This document shows positions 13,001 to 25,836 of a stretch of 64,000 nucleotides of DNA, piece after piece. Position numbers and translations under genes: made by a program. Source of the stretch: Utricularia gibba (Eukaryota > Plantae > Magnoliophyta); contig CM007990.1 of assembly GCA_002189035.1 (NCBI GenBank), positions 3,782,001-3,846,000 of the forward strand. Direction: 5' to 3'. The notes beneath the pieces are model-generated. The model was not told where the DNA came from. It searched no databases and worked only from the letters and a program-made list of their open reading frames with translations. Within the stretch, counting starts at the first letter, position 1; each line of letters starts with the position of its first letter.

Positions 13001-14790
13001 CAGAGATTGCTTTGATTTTGAACTCTTTTCATTACCACTAGTTTGCCCTTACAAACTTTGAGAGTTTCATCATAACCAGAAAATTTACGACCTTTTTCCT
13101 CTAATGCACTTAGGGAAATTATCTTTTTCTTGAGTTCCGATACATGTCGAACATCAGTGACTGTTTACACTATCTATCGTGCATCTTGATTCTGATGCTG
13201 CCTATACCAGCAGCCTTTCTTGAGGTGTTATCACCCATCACAACTTCTTTTGTCTTATGCCTTTCCTAGATAGAGAACAACTCGCGATTGAGGCATACAT
13301 GGTAGGTGAAAGTACTGTTCAACACTAGAGACAAGTGGGCTCCATTCTAGTTTGAACACTCAACATCCAATACGTCTCCATCATCATCACTATAAAATGA
13401 CATTTGCTTGACTATTATTGGTATTCATTGGCTTCCATTTTTTCTTCTCACCCTAAGCTTCTTTGTTTTGAAGTTTATAGCACTCCTTTTTTATATGCCC
13501 TTTTTTCTTGCAATAATTACAAATTTTGTTGCGATGTCTACTCTTTGATCTATCTATCTTCTTCTCATTTGATTGCTTTCTTTCTTGAGACCTTCCTCTA
13601 ATGAATAGAGCTTCTCCTTGAGTATTGGTTTGAGCAGGGATTACCAATGTTTTCAATTGCTCCATTGACTCAAGTAGATGATACTGTCTCTAAAAATTTC
13701 ATAGGATGCAGGGAGAGAACACAATAGAATTAGAGCTAAATCTTCAGAGTCATATTATTTGACTCCAATAGTATCCATATCCACAATCATGTCCTTAAAT
13801 TTCACATGTTCATCTAGAGAATCACCCTCTTTCAACTTGAGTGAATATAATCTTTTCTTCAAATGAAGCTTACTTGCCAAGGTTTTAGCCACACAGATTA
13901 TTTCCACTTTGATCCAAAGGTTCTTGGTGGTCTTCTCCTTTGAAACAGCTTGCAACATATTAGTAGAGAGATACGGATGGATTGTGGATCTTGCCTTCCT
14001 ATCTCTGATTTCATTTTCCTCAATTGTAAACTTATTGTTCATCTTCTCATTTCCATCAATTGCATCATCCAGGTCTAATTGTGTAAGCACATCTTGCATT
14101 TGCATTTTCTTATCCAACTTCGGGATATCACACCTTACCGTAGACATATCTACTGAATTGCTCCTTCACTAAATCTGTTTATATCAAACTCACCCCAAAC
14201 ACAAAGTATGGCAGCAAGAACAATCCATAAAAGAACCACAACATACAACCACAAGCTACAACCTGCTCTGAAACCATTTGTTATAATTTAACATATAGCT
14301 TAAAAGGTTCAAAGAAGAAAGATCGAGAAGTAGCTTGGCATGAATTGTGTTTGATTTAATAATAACTCTGTATTTGTGTGATGCTGATGCAAAATAAAGA
14401 CAACACCAAATTTTATGTGGAAACCTCGAAGGAAAAAAACCAAAAGCGAAACGTCACTCAAAGATGAACATATTCAGGGGAATCCAATTGCAAATACAAG
14501 CCATATTCATAAACTTAACTCACACCCTCTGATCTTAGAACTCAACCCCTTATATCTTGTGAAGGGAGGTTGGTTCTTTAATGGAAAAGATGGGCACCAA
14601 ACTTTCATCTTGGACTAGCTCTCCTATTCTATTATGTAGCCGTACATCAGCTACAAGGCTGTTGACAAGTAGAAATCAATCAAATCATTTGATTGCCTAT
14701 CTTAAACATGAGTCACATTTGATGGCTTGGAGAGTGATCTTGTGTCCATTCTACAATAATCTCACTTGATCTCTCATCAATATTTCAACA
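10094..14790 (-). mobile_element. Ty1/copia LTR retrotransposon (Tnt1-like), degenerate
   Basis: The 5' LTR is ~14279-14790 and the PBS TGGTTTCAGAGC is at 14265-14276. Order is gag (13755-14147), zinc knuckle CNYCKKKGHIKKEC, integrase, RT (KIAFLHGE, SLYGLKQSP, YIDDML) and RNase H (YCDSDF..D..RRS, KHIDVR) ending ~10246. It has many stops and frameshifts. Confidence 0.93.
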
Positions 14791-15174
14791 GTAGTAAAAC
14801 AGCTGCACATTTTCTTCTTCATCAACACCTATGCACCTCCAGAACAATCGAGAAGAATTTTCACAAGGAAACCAATAGAACAGATCCTTCATGAGAGAAT
14901 CTACCCTGTTTCTAGATAAAATGGAAGAGGGCCATCAAAGCTAGGGAGATGCATGATTTGAGATCCCCCATCACCATAACACTCCCCTCTAGCAAGAGGA
15001 GGAGTAGAGCAACCTAGAGAAGTGTAGTGAAGCACATCTTCAATACCTGATATTAAATTCTCCTTGGATATTGATTCATATATATCTTTTTTCCTAGTTT
15101 CCAAACTACATGATCACCTTCTAGTATTATAAATAAGCTCAATTAGTGGTCGTCCCTTCCAATAGGTTGGCCTA

Positions 15175-16413
15175 TGTTAAGTGTCATTTCTACTTATTTA
15201 TTATATATTATTATATGTTGATTAGATATTAAATTACCCAAATTAAGAGTTACATTGATAAAAATTTATTTTGTTAGAAAAATCCTATTATTGTTATTTG
15301 TATATATTTTTGTTGTCCTTTTTATATATTTTTACCCAAAGTGTTAAAAGGCAAGCTAGGAGACTTACAAGAGACGAGACACTAACATTTCATGCCTTGC
15401 ATACGACTTAGATCAATTGTGTGTGGAAGACTAACACTAGTCAAACTTATGATATGTGAGAGTCTATAGCAATGATTAGATGCTTATTTGAATGCATAGA
15501 AAAGCTGGTTGCACATGCAATACATAAAGAATGATGGAATGAAAGCAAAGTAAGGGGAGTGAATTAAAAACATGGGCACAATTTATATCAGATCTTTTTC
15601 TCATTTTTTTTTTTCACACTTAAAGTTCTTACTCTCCACCGAAGGGAGGAAGAACACTTAAGTTTTCGTTTTCTTTTTTCATGGCCATTCATGGCTACAT
15701 CTTTTTAGTTTCTGGAAATAGATAAAGTTTCTTTTCACATCTTAAGCATCAATCTCGGTTCTTTGCTAAATTTCTTCTAGATTTCCCATATTTCACACAT
15801 CATGTTGCAGTCTTTCTGTAATGTCTTCTAATCACGATTCATGAGTAATAGGCTATTTCTCGCAAATTTTGATGAAAAGCACAATGTCAAACCATATTGA
15901 TTCGAGGAAGATAACAAATTGTTTATGACTATGATACTACAATAGTAGACAAGTAGTAACCTCATACCTACCATTGGTCATTGACAACAATTGGGCACAT
16001 GTGTAGAATTCGGTATGGAGGGCAATTGACAGCAATGCTCTTGTCATCTCAATCACATGAAACTATTCAATTGCCTGTTTGTCAATCGGAGTGTAAGGAA
16101 GAGTAAACTATTCATTGCTACTATAACCAATTATTTGGAAGGAATCAATGAAAATCAAGACGAAAATAAACAGAAGTAGAAAATAGAATTTCATTCCTAG
16201 GAATTGCTTCCCTTAGTTAAGGTCCATTATTTGCGTTGTATTTTTTATTTCTGTATTTCAAAAATGTACTTTTACAAACCCGTGACAATTTGTAAAAGTT
16301 TAATACAAAACGCTTTCCACAAAACTAAACTTCCTTAGATCAACACTTATACTATGCTTATTTGTGTTCTACATTTTTTTAAATTAAATTTATTAAGAAA
16401 ACGATATGCAATA
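15175..16413 (+). mobile_element. Solo LTR, older copy of the 8219-9528 family
   Basis: Ends are TGTTAAGTGTC...ATGCAATA, and it is collinear with 8219-9528 along its length. It is inserted in the SCPL copy 2 upstream region. The TSD is degenerate (GCCTA/ACCTC). Confidence 0.8.
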
Positions 16414-17075
16414 ACCTCTATGCTCAACTCATACGAATGAGTAGCAACCATTTGACAGCTATGAATTTATTATTTTTTTTTGTAAGCTAATGACATTGAC
16501 GATCATTATGGGCCCCTGGATTTCTCATAATGAGCAAAATGCCCCCTTAAAAATCGAATCTTGTGGTTTGATGGATTTGTTTCATTTCATTAAAAATGGA
16601 TTGAATTCATTTTTTAGTTTAATCATATATTATGAATTCAATAATTTTTAATCATAATATTATTTTATGTTATTTTCCATATTTAAATGTAATTAGAGTT
16701 ATTTAATTAGAAGTTCATAATAGGAGTTATACTTTTTTTACATTAGTATAATTATTTATATATTTTAGCTCATATTTTTTAAATTTAAGTATATGACTTA
16801 AGAATTAGATATGACAAATGATAAAGAATGCGGTAATACTAGATGACAACAATGATATTCCAAGTTTTTTTTCAATGTTCAATTAAATATAATATGCTGA
16901 CTCAATAAGGATTTAATTTAGGAATGATTGAAGTGTTATTGTCCCAAACAACACAGTCAACGACTACACTGTAAAAGATTGAAGCAAGCAACCACATTTA
17001 GAAACATCAATGCATTTATTGAGTAATGTGCCAACATACAGAAGTGTGAGGCATAGATCCACAACCTGAGAAATA

Positions 17076-19289
17076 TCACAAGGGGTGTGTGAAATCCATC
17101 TCTTGAACATGAAAAAGCATTCCTTGGGCTTGTACCTGGGAGCTACATGTCCCGCCGCCTGCAACATGTCAATGCCAAATGATGTTACTACTGCAACACA
17201 TATGATAGACAGGTTGGGAGTACTTGCCAAAACGGTGGCGTAAGTCATCTTGTTCTCGAAACTTCTCGTGTATCTGCATCATGCATGTTTCATAAAACGA
17301 TCAAACGCTTGTCTCCGGAAAAACCTGCAGAAGATTTATGATTACCCGCTGGCATGCTTATCCACGAACCACGGCCTCCATTTGTCCACCACAGGAGAGT
17401 TGAGGGACCTTATCCATGCCAAATGAAAGGGACATATCAGATATATAAGACATTGCATATCATTAATAATCGGTTAAACTAAATCTCTTTTAATATGATT
17501 CATGTTTCTTATATAATTGGGATTCACGTGTTCGATCAATTAAATCCTTAATTTCAATATGGTATTGAAGCATTTGTCTTATGCATAGCTTGAGTGGCAA
17601 GATGTGTTTTGTATTAATCTAAATTATGGTTAAAAAAAACAAGAAAATACATTGGATTTAACAATAAAAATTAGATTGAATTATAACCTAAACACTAACT
17701 ACAATCATATGAAAAAAATAAATCTTAATTGGATCGAAGACCAATTAAATTTGAAAATGAGTATTCGAGCAAAAACAATCCCAAATCATGAAATAAAAGT
17801 AAAATAGTTAGACACATAATAGATTGTGTATTATTAATAATCAGCTGTATCTAATCATACAAGGTGGGCTGACTCACGAGAGTCGACAATGTGGATAGAG
17901 AAGGTCAAAACTACCACTGAAAGCACAAGCAATACAGCAAAAGTGTTAATGGAGCCTCGTTAAGTGATTACTGGTTTCTTGTCAATAAAGTGAAGCGCAA
18001 AACTTTGATTGTTGCCTGTAAATGAGAGAGCGGTAGCCTCTGGAAGTAAGATTCTTGTGAAAAGGGATCATGCTCGGATAATCGCAACTGCAGTTTATGT
18101 TATCATCACATCTAATCCATTTTTCTCTACTCCCCTGGATCATCAGCAACAAACAGTATTTTTTTTTGCAGTTGCTTTGCGTCTGAAGCAGAGCAAAAGG
18201 TGTTGTGTTATTTTACCTTAGTGACATGAAGGGACTCTTAGACACTGCGATCATTAGCCCACGGAATGCAAAATATGCAACTGTCAGGCTGAGAAATCAA
18301 CACGGATTAATGAACACAGAGGAACGGAAACACTAGAAAGGCTGTGGATGTTACATGGCAATGAATCTCCCGGTGCTCTTTCCTTCCGTACACCTGAATC
18401 ATATCCCGCCTTCTCCGAGAAGCTGGCGGACATTCTAGCTCAATAGCATTGTATGTATTCAAGGGATCCACCAGCTGTTCTTCACACGAAAAGGTTGCAT
18501 CAAACTCAGGATTCGACAGCAGGAAAGGAGAAACCGCGAATTTGATATCTCGCCTCTTCAAAAGTTTCAACGTGTTTAGAACATGGCTTCTTGTCGGCAT
18601 CCATCGAGTAATTGTCGTTGCAGTTTCGCTCCAAGGACTGAAACGAAAGGATAGTTGACGTTTCTGTTACCGTTTAAATGAAGCAAAATTTCCACTTTAA
18701 CCTCGTAGAGATCAGGAGGGATGAGTCCCAATCCATAAGCAGCCGGAACCCTGTAGTTTTTATGGTCATAAGATGTGACTGGATTTCCCAAGATGTACCC
18801 CTGTTTCCAAAGTGTTGAATTCATGACAAAAAACATGGAGGTAACTAAAGATAAAAATCAGAATGACAGACTTTAAGATTAATCTGGGGCTTGATTCCTT
18901 GTTCATTCCCTGCGTCACAAGAACAAGGCAAGAGTCAGTTGAATAGTCCAGATGAAATAGGCCATTTTCTCATTTGTGTGCACCATCAGCTATCAGCCTG
19001 GTGATGACAGGTACTTTGGTGCCGCTAAAGGAGTCTCCGGCGACGTAAAACGGGCTCAATCCGAACTCCGAATGATCATCCAGCCACTGCAGACGGACCA
19101 GAAGTCACAACTCAAAAAACGGATACAGAAAAGAACACATGGATATGTCGGATCAAAGGAAACAGACAAACCTTCTGAAGGAACAGGTAAGCTTGTTCAC
19201 ATGAATGAATGTGTGTTGTGTAGGTAGCCTCCTCCGTCTTCCCATAGGAAAGTCCAGTTCCCACGGGGGAATCCAAGAACAAAATGTTT
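17076..19289 (-). pseudogene. SCPL clade IA copy 3, 5'-truncated and interrupted
   Basis: Exons 4-14 are recognisable. Exons 1-3 are absent: exon 4 is joined at ~19289 to SCPL upstream-type sequence. There is a 458-bp insertion in exon 12 and a read-through C-terminus. Confidence 0.88.
17422..17879. other. AT-rich 458-bp insertion of unknown type in exon 12 of SCPL copy 3
   Basis: It splits ...CCATGCCA|GAGTCGAC..., which is contiguous in copy 5 (~29380). I saw no clear TSD or TIR. Confidence 0.75.
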
Positions 19290-19299
19290 GGACACGTGA

Positions 19300-20960
19300 A
19301 AATTAGTCATAATGAGCCCCTGGATTTTTTATAATGTGCCAAATGCCCCCTTAAAAATCCAATCTTGTTCGTTGATGGATTTGTTTCATCTCATTAAAAA
19401 TGGACTGAATTCATTTTTTAATTGAATCATAATTTTTGTTATCTAATTTATACTTTATTTTTTATTATTTTTTATTGATATATCTTTTGCATTAATATGA
19501 ATTTTTTTAGGGAAAATATGTATTTTATTGATATTTAAACTTTTTTTAATGTATTTTAGAGAGAAATGAAACCCAATAACTTACGGAGTCTAAAGTGTAC
19601 AAAATTAGATGTGATAGCCAAGAGGTTTGGACACATGAAAATTAGTCAGTATCCAATTCAAGCTTATTTGAATTAGATGTTAAAAGATTTTCATATACTA
19701 TTGATGTTAAAGATATGAAAAATATGAATATTTTATCCAAATCCAATATATTATCCAAATACATTCATGTCCTTTATCTTTTCATAAACTATATATGTTT
19801 TCTCACAATTTAATAAAAAAGCAAAGAAATCGCCTTGTGTGATTTTTCGACATAACTGAAAATGGAATGTAAATGCTACACATTGCCTTCAAGACTAAAT
19901 TCTATGAATTTTCTAAAATGCTATCAATAACCAAACATCCTATTTATGAGGTTATTGATAGATGTATGAAGGACAAAAAAAATTGACTTTCATCTTGATA
20001 TTTACCAAAAACCCACATGTACTAGCTACCAGTTACCATTCACGAATCATGTATAAAGACAACAACATATAATCATAGAGATATACAAAAACCAAAAAAA
20101 TAAAACATTCCATTTGAAAATGAGCACTTTCCATGCAACACGGAACATAAATTCGCTTAACCCAAAAAAAAGTGTTTAACCAGCAACTATTATAAAACAT
20201 GAATCAACTCAAGTTAGTGTCTACTTTCCTGAAGTAAATTGAGATAAACAAGAAGATGAATAGTAATACCACTTAAATCGAAAACTGAAATTGAAGAAAA
20301 AATTCATAATAAAATTTGTAAAAATAATTTAAAATACCTTAAATTTTTATTTACTTTTAAAATTAAATTAATTTTTAAAAGTGGCTTGTCATATATTCCA
20401 AGTTTAGATTTAATATGCAAAATATCTTAACTTTTAATTTGTTTACCAAAATATCCTAATAATGATGGTAAGTATTACCATGTATACGATTGGTACTAAG
20501 TGTAAGGCTTGATACCCCGATTAGGATTTAGGAAGATGATTGTCTAGTGTTACAAACATCATATTTTATGTGTGGCATTAAGTATTCATGAGATTGAAGT
20601 AGACTGGAAAAGGTCATAGAAAAGAATCTTTTTAGGAGTTCAATTTAAAAAATGACTAAAATATTTTTTTAATCTTATTTTGTTATATTGTGTTTGATAA
20701 TTTATTAATAAAAATGTAAACCTATTTATGATAATTAATTTTATATCACTTATATTTAAGTTTTTATAATTTTATAATCTTATTTTTTTATATTTTTATT
20801 TGATAATTTATTAATAAAAATATAAACATATGTAAATTACAAAGAAGATGAATAATTAAAGTAAATTGTTAATAAAAAAATGTTAACAAAGATAAATTAC
20901 AAATACATTACATAAGAATAGTAAAGTAGTAATAAAGACAATATGATCATTGATGTCAAT
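19300..20960. repeat. Duplicated intergenic block homologous to ~31565-33570 (part also at ~43640-44110)
   Basis: Long collinear identity, e.g. AAATGCCCCCTTAAAAATC, TTTGG.CA.ATGAAAATTAGTC, AAGACTAAATTCTA, TCAACTCAAGTTA, GATGGTAAGTATTA. Confidence 0.8.
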
Positions 20961-23461
20961 TTTGCAAATGTATAGAAATTATTGAAATAATAAAATAAGA
21001 TCATATTTATAAAAAATTATTATTGAAATTTTCTTTTAAAACAATGACTCAAAAAAATTAAAATCAAAACAAAAGATTGTTTTTAAAAATAATATAAAAA
21101 ATGTTTTGGATTTAAGATACATCTTGCTCAAAACTCACTTATACTTGTGCAAGTTCTAAAATTATTATTTTAAAATAATATTATTTAGTAACTATTAAAG
21201 CACCGTCTCTCATTTAATGAGATTATAAAATTAACTATGTCACTAAAGCCATTTTATTTCTTGGGATAACTTATGTTTTTTCCATATCCAAATCTAACTT
21301 CTACACCTCACAACTCGTAGATAAATTAGACAAAATATGTCTTATCAACGATGTACAATTGAGTCTTTCTCAGTAGTTGCTTGAGGTCAAATGTTGATTT
21401 CCTATATTCCCTTAGGTTTTGTTTGGTTAGTGTGTTAAGATTGATGGATTTAAATTATTTGAACTCAGATAAATCTGAATATGTAGGTATAAAAATACTC
21501 ATACCGTCTCACCCCCTCCTTTAGTATATATATACATATATATGGGTATAATGATGATTATATTTATATAATTAATATAATTATACCTATATATCAAATA
21601 ATATAATTTTATTAAATCTATTATAAACCTAGCTTATACTTTCATATCAAACAAAATTTTAGAGCTATATGATACTGAAAAGCATGATGATAAAAAAAAT
21701 GTTACAAAAAACATAATTAAATCTCAAATTAAATGTCAAACAACATGGTAAATCAATCACACGTGTAGTACTTGCACAAATAATGCTTCATCTTAAATCC
21801 TTAGCCACAACCACTCACATGCGTATGCTCGACTTTAACACACAAAAAATGATAGATAAACAACATGAAATGAATCAAAAGGTGCAAGGCTTGACTTTAG
21901 ATTGACTTAAAGACTCCAATCTCGATCTTCTTCAATAGTTTGGTACCCAGGTTTTTATATAATGTTAGAGATTTATTAAGCTTTCTTGATGGTTTCATAT
22001 TAAATCTTATATTCGAATCTTTTAAGATGAAATATAAATCTTTCAAGATAAGATTCAAATTTTTCAAGATAAGATGTAGATCTTATCTTATGCAATAATT
22101 TTTTACCTAATCTTCTTCTAAATAGACTCAATCTTCACCCATATAAAGGTCAGCTCTCATCTCCTCTAAATTAAATGATAATCATTCTAAAAAAATCACA
22201 AAAAAACTTTCATTTCAAAAAGATTAAAGTGGTATGAAATATATAATGTTCATTTAAAAACATAAGAAAAAAGAATAAAAAGGATGTAAAACTGACTTAA
22301 GAAAATATTAAAAAACATAAATATAAGTGATATAAAATCAATTATCAATAATAATATTGTTCAAAATGCACCATTAAAACTATCTCTTTCTCTTAGTAAT
22401 TACAATTGTATCAATCATTTGCCATGAAAACATGCAAAATCTGCTCTTGCATGGCATCAATAATGATTAATCATACTATCAACTAACATGCTGTTAATTA
22501 TATCATGATTTATTACTTCAGTCTCATCCTTAATCATGACTTAAGGAAGATTATTTTTCACTTGGTGTTCTCTCTTGTCTACTTGATATCATACTATCAT
22601 ACCCTTGAACATTCAATAGTAGGTTCTTAATTTACGTAGTTTTCTTAGATATTTTAATTATACATGAAAAAAACCTGATTTCGCTTTATTTACTATCCAC
22701 ATCGTTAAATAACTTGGACAAAGAAAATAAATTCTGATCTAAAGGTTGAATCCATCTTTACAAAACCGAAATCCAGCACTCCACTCGGTATTTAACAAAT
22801 AACATGGCATGACATGTAGAAAAAGGTTCCTTCCGGCTGCAACACCTTATGGAAAGCATCAAAGTAAGTTCTGTAATGCATAAATGTCAACCATCTCAAC
22901 CACTAAAAGCAAAATGGTGAAGCTTATGTTATTGTGAGGTGTAAGTGAATGTTTATACCCTTCACTTGTATGATTGCTCCTACACCCATTATATATGGTG
23001 GGGAAAAGAAGCACATAGTAAATTGTTCTCCTACATAGGTGATTCCTACACCAGGAGGTTTCCCAACCCTACTAGGTTTTACCTAGTAAATCAACATGCA
23101 ATACATATATACAAAACAGATTGTTGTCTGAAGTTACACAACGCCTATGGGCATCTACATCCGTTTATTCCCTAAATCATCCCAAGTGCTTCTAACATGA
23201 TTCCAAGTTTTTTTTTTCAATGGGAGGGTATTGTTTCGATAGTATTTATTTAAATACAATATGAGATTTCAATAAGGATTTATTTTGAGAGTGACTGAAG
23301 TGTTATTTGTTCCAAGCAACACACTCTAAGACTACACAGTAAAAGATAGAAGCAACCAACCACATTGAAAAACATCATGCTTTTAATGATCAATGTTGAC
23401 ATACAAACAAATGTGATATGTAGATCCACAATATGAGAAATACCATGAGAATACAGAGATA

Positions 23462-25836
23462 TCACAAGGGGCTGTCTAAAATCCATCTCTTGAACAGGAC
23501 ATAGCATTCCTTGGGCTTGTACCTGGGAGCTATGTGCCCCGCCGCCTGCAACATGTAAATGCCAAATGATGTTATTACTGCAAGACTACTACAACACATA
23601 TAAGAGACATGTTGGGAGCACTTGCCAAAACGGTGGCGTAAGTCATCTTGTTCTCAAAAGTTCTCGTGTATCTGCATCATGCATGTTTAATAAAACAATC
23701 AAACGCTTGTCTCCTAAAAAACCAACGGAAGATTTATGATTACCCGCTGACAAATTCATCCACGAACCATGGCCTCCATTTCTCTACAACAGGAGAGTTG
23801 AGGGACTTTATCCATGCCAGGGTCTCCAATGTGGGCACGCCAAGGTCAAAACTACCACTGAAAGCACAAGCAATAAAGCAAAAGCGTTGGAGCCTAGTTA
23901 AGTGATTACTGGTTTCTTGTCAATAGAGTGAAGCGCAAAACTTTGATTGTTGCCTGTAAATGAGAGAGCGGTAGCCTCTGGAAGTAAGATTCTTGTGAAA
24001 GGGGATCATGCTCGGATAATCGAAAGTGGAGTTTATGTTATAATTACATGTAATCCATTTTTCTCTACTCCCCTGCATCATCATCAACACACAATATTGT
24101 TTACTGTTGTTGCCTTGCATCTGAAGCAGAGCAAAAGTTGTTGTGTTGTTTTACCTTAGCGACATGAAGGGATTCTTGGACGTTGGGATCATTAGCCCAA
24201 GGATCGCAAAATATGCAGTCGTCAGGCTGAAAAATCAACACAGATGAATGAACACTGAGCGATGGAAACACGAGAAAGACTGTGGACGTTACATGGCAAT
24301 GAATCTCCGAGTGCTCTTCGTTTCCGTACACCTGAATCATATCCCGCCTTCTCCCAGAAACCGATGGGCATGCTGGCTTAAAGGCATTGTATGGATTCAA
24401 GGGATCCACCAGCTGTTTCTCACATGCAAGGTATGCATCAAACTAAAGATTCAACAGAGGGAAAGGAGGAACTGGGAATTTGATATCTTGCCTCATGAAA
24501 AGTTTCAACATCTTTAGAACATGGCTTGTTGTTCGCATCTATCGAGTAATTCCCCTTGCAGTTTCGTTCCAAGGACTGAAACAAAAGGATAGTTGACGTT
24601 GCCATTACATTTTAAATGAAGCAAAATTTCAGTTTCAACCTCGTAGAGATCAGGAGGGATGAGCCCCAATCCGTAAGCAGCCGGCACCTTGTAGTTTGCA
24701 TAGTCATAAGATGTGAGTGGATTTCCCAAGATGTACCCCTGTTTCCAAAAAGATGAATTCTTCAAAAAATTTGAATATAACTAAAGATACTAGTCAGAAT
24801 GACAGACTTTGAGGTTAATCTGGGGGTTGATTCCGAGTTCATTCCCTGCATCACAAGAGCAAAGCAAGAGTCAGTTGAAGAGTCCAAGAAATAGGCCATT
24901 TTTCATTTCTTTGCACCATCAGCTATCAGCCTGGTAACGACAGGTACTGTGGTGCCGCTAAAGGAGTCTCCGGCGACGTAAAACGGGCTCGATCCGAACT
25001 CTGAATGATCGTCCAGCCACTGCAGACGGACCAGAAGTGGCAGCTCAAATACGAATATATAAAAGAACGCATGGATATGTAGGATTAGAGCAAACAAACA
25101 TACCTTTTGAAGGAACACGTAAGCTTGTTCACATGAATGAAAGTGTGTTGTGTAGGTAGCCTCCTCTGTCTTGCCGTAGGAAAATCCAGTTCCCACAGGG
25201 GAATCCACGAACAATATGTTTGCTTCCTGCAAAAAAACACAAAAATCTGAACCTCGATATTCCGAGAAAAGAATAGCGTCATCAGCAGAAACGATTACGA
25301 ACCTGGGTCCATGAATAAGGATTCACGATCAGGCTGGGCAAGACCCCTTCGTCTGTATCCGACACATTAAAAGTCAATGGCCCTGCAATGAATCTCTTCC
25401 ACTCTCTTAGTACTGTAAAAGGAACATAGCAACAATGATAGAGAGAAGAAACCAAACCATTTTCATAGAAAAGAATGGAAAGAGCAGAGCACCCCGGCCC
25501 TCCAGTTAACCAAAGAAGTAGAGGGTCTTTCTCATGCTCCGGCCCCGATGACTTGACAAAGTAGTAAAACAGCTGCACATTTTCTTCTTCATCAATACCT
25601 ATGTACCTACCCAGAACAGTCGACAAGAATTATCACCAGTAAACCAAGAGAACAGAACAGAACATTCATTCATGAGAGAAGAGAGAGTTGTCAATCTACC
25701 CTGTTTCCAGATAAAATGGAAGAAGGCCATCAAAGCCAGGGAGATGTGTTATATTAGATTCCCCATCACCCAAAACACTCTCATCAAGCAGGAGTAGGAG
25801 GAGCAGAGCAACCGACAGCAGTGCATTGATGCTCAT
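23462..25836 (-). CDS. Serine carboxypeptidase-like protein, clade IA acyltransferase type, copy 4; intact 14-exon gene, 455 aa
   Basis: Exons are 25836-25700, 25606-25458, 25382-25303, 25226-25104, 25019-24917, 24845-24808, 24738-24640, 24575-24492, 24412-24293, 24226-24155, 24072-23954, 23857-23744, 23671-23626 and 23545-23462. They sum to 1368 nt with no internal stop. It has a signal peptide ([17 protein letters not shown]) and the triad Ser (GDSFSG), Asp (SGSFD) and His (AAGHIAP). Confidence 0.95.

Larger units (their letters stand above)
8072..15037 (-). pseudogene. SCPL clade IA copy 2, fragmented by a copia element and a solo LTR
   Basis: Exon 1 (~14901-15037) has an early TAG. Exon 2 is cut at 14791, exons 3-4 are missing, exons 5-8 lie at ~9560-10075 with catalytic GDS changed to RDS, and exon 9 is at ~8072-8175. 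The 3' exons are absent. Confidence 0.88.
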
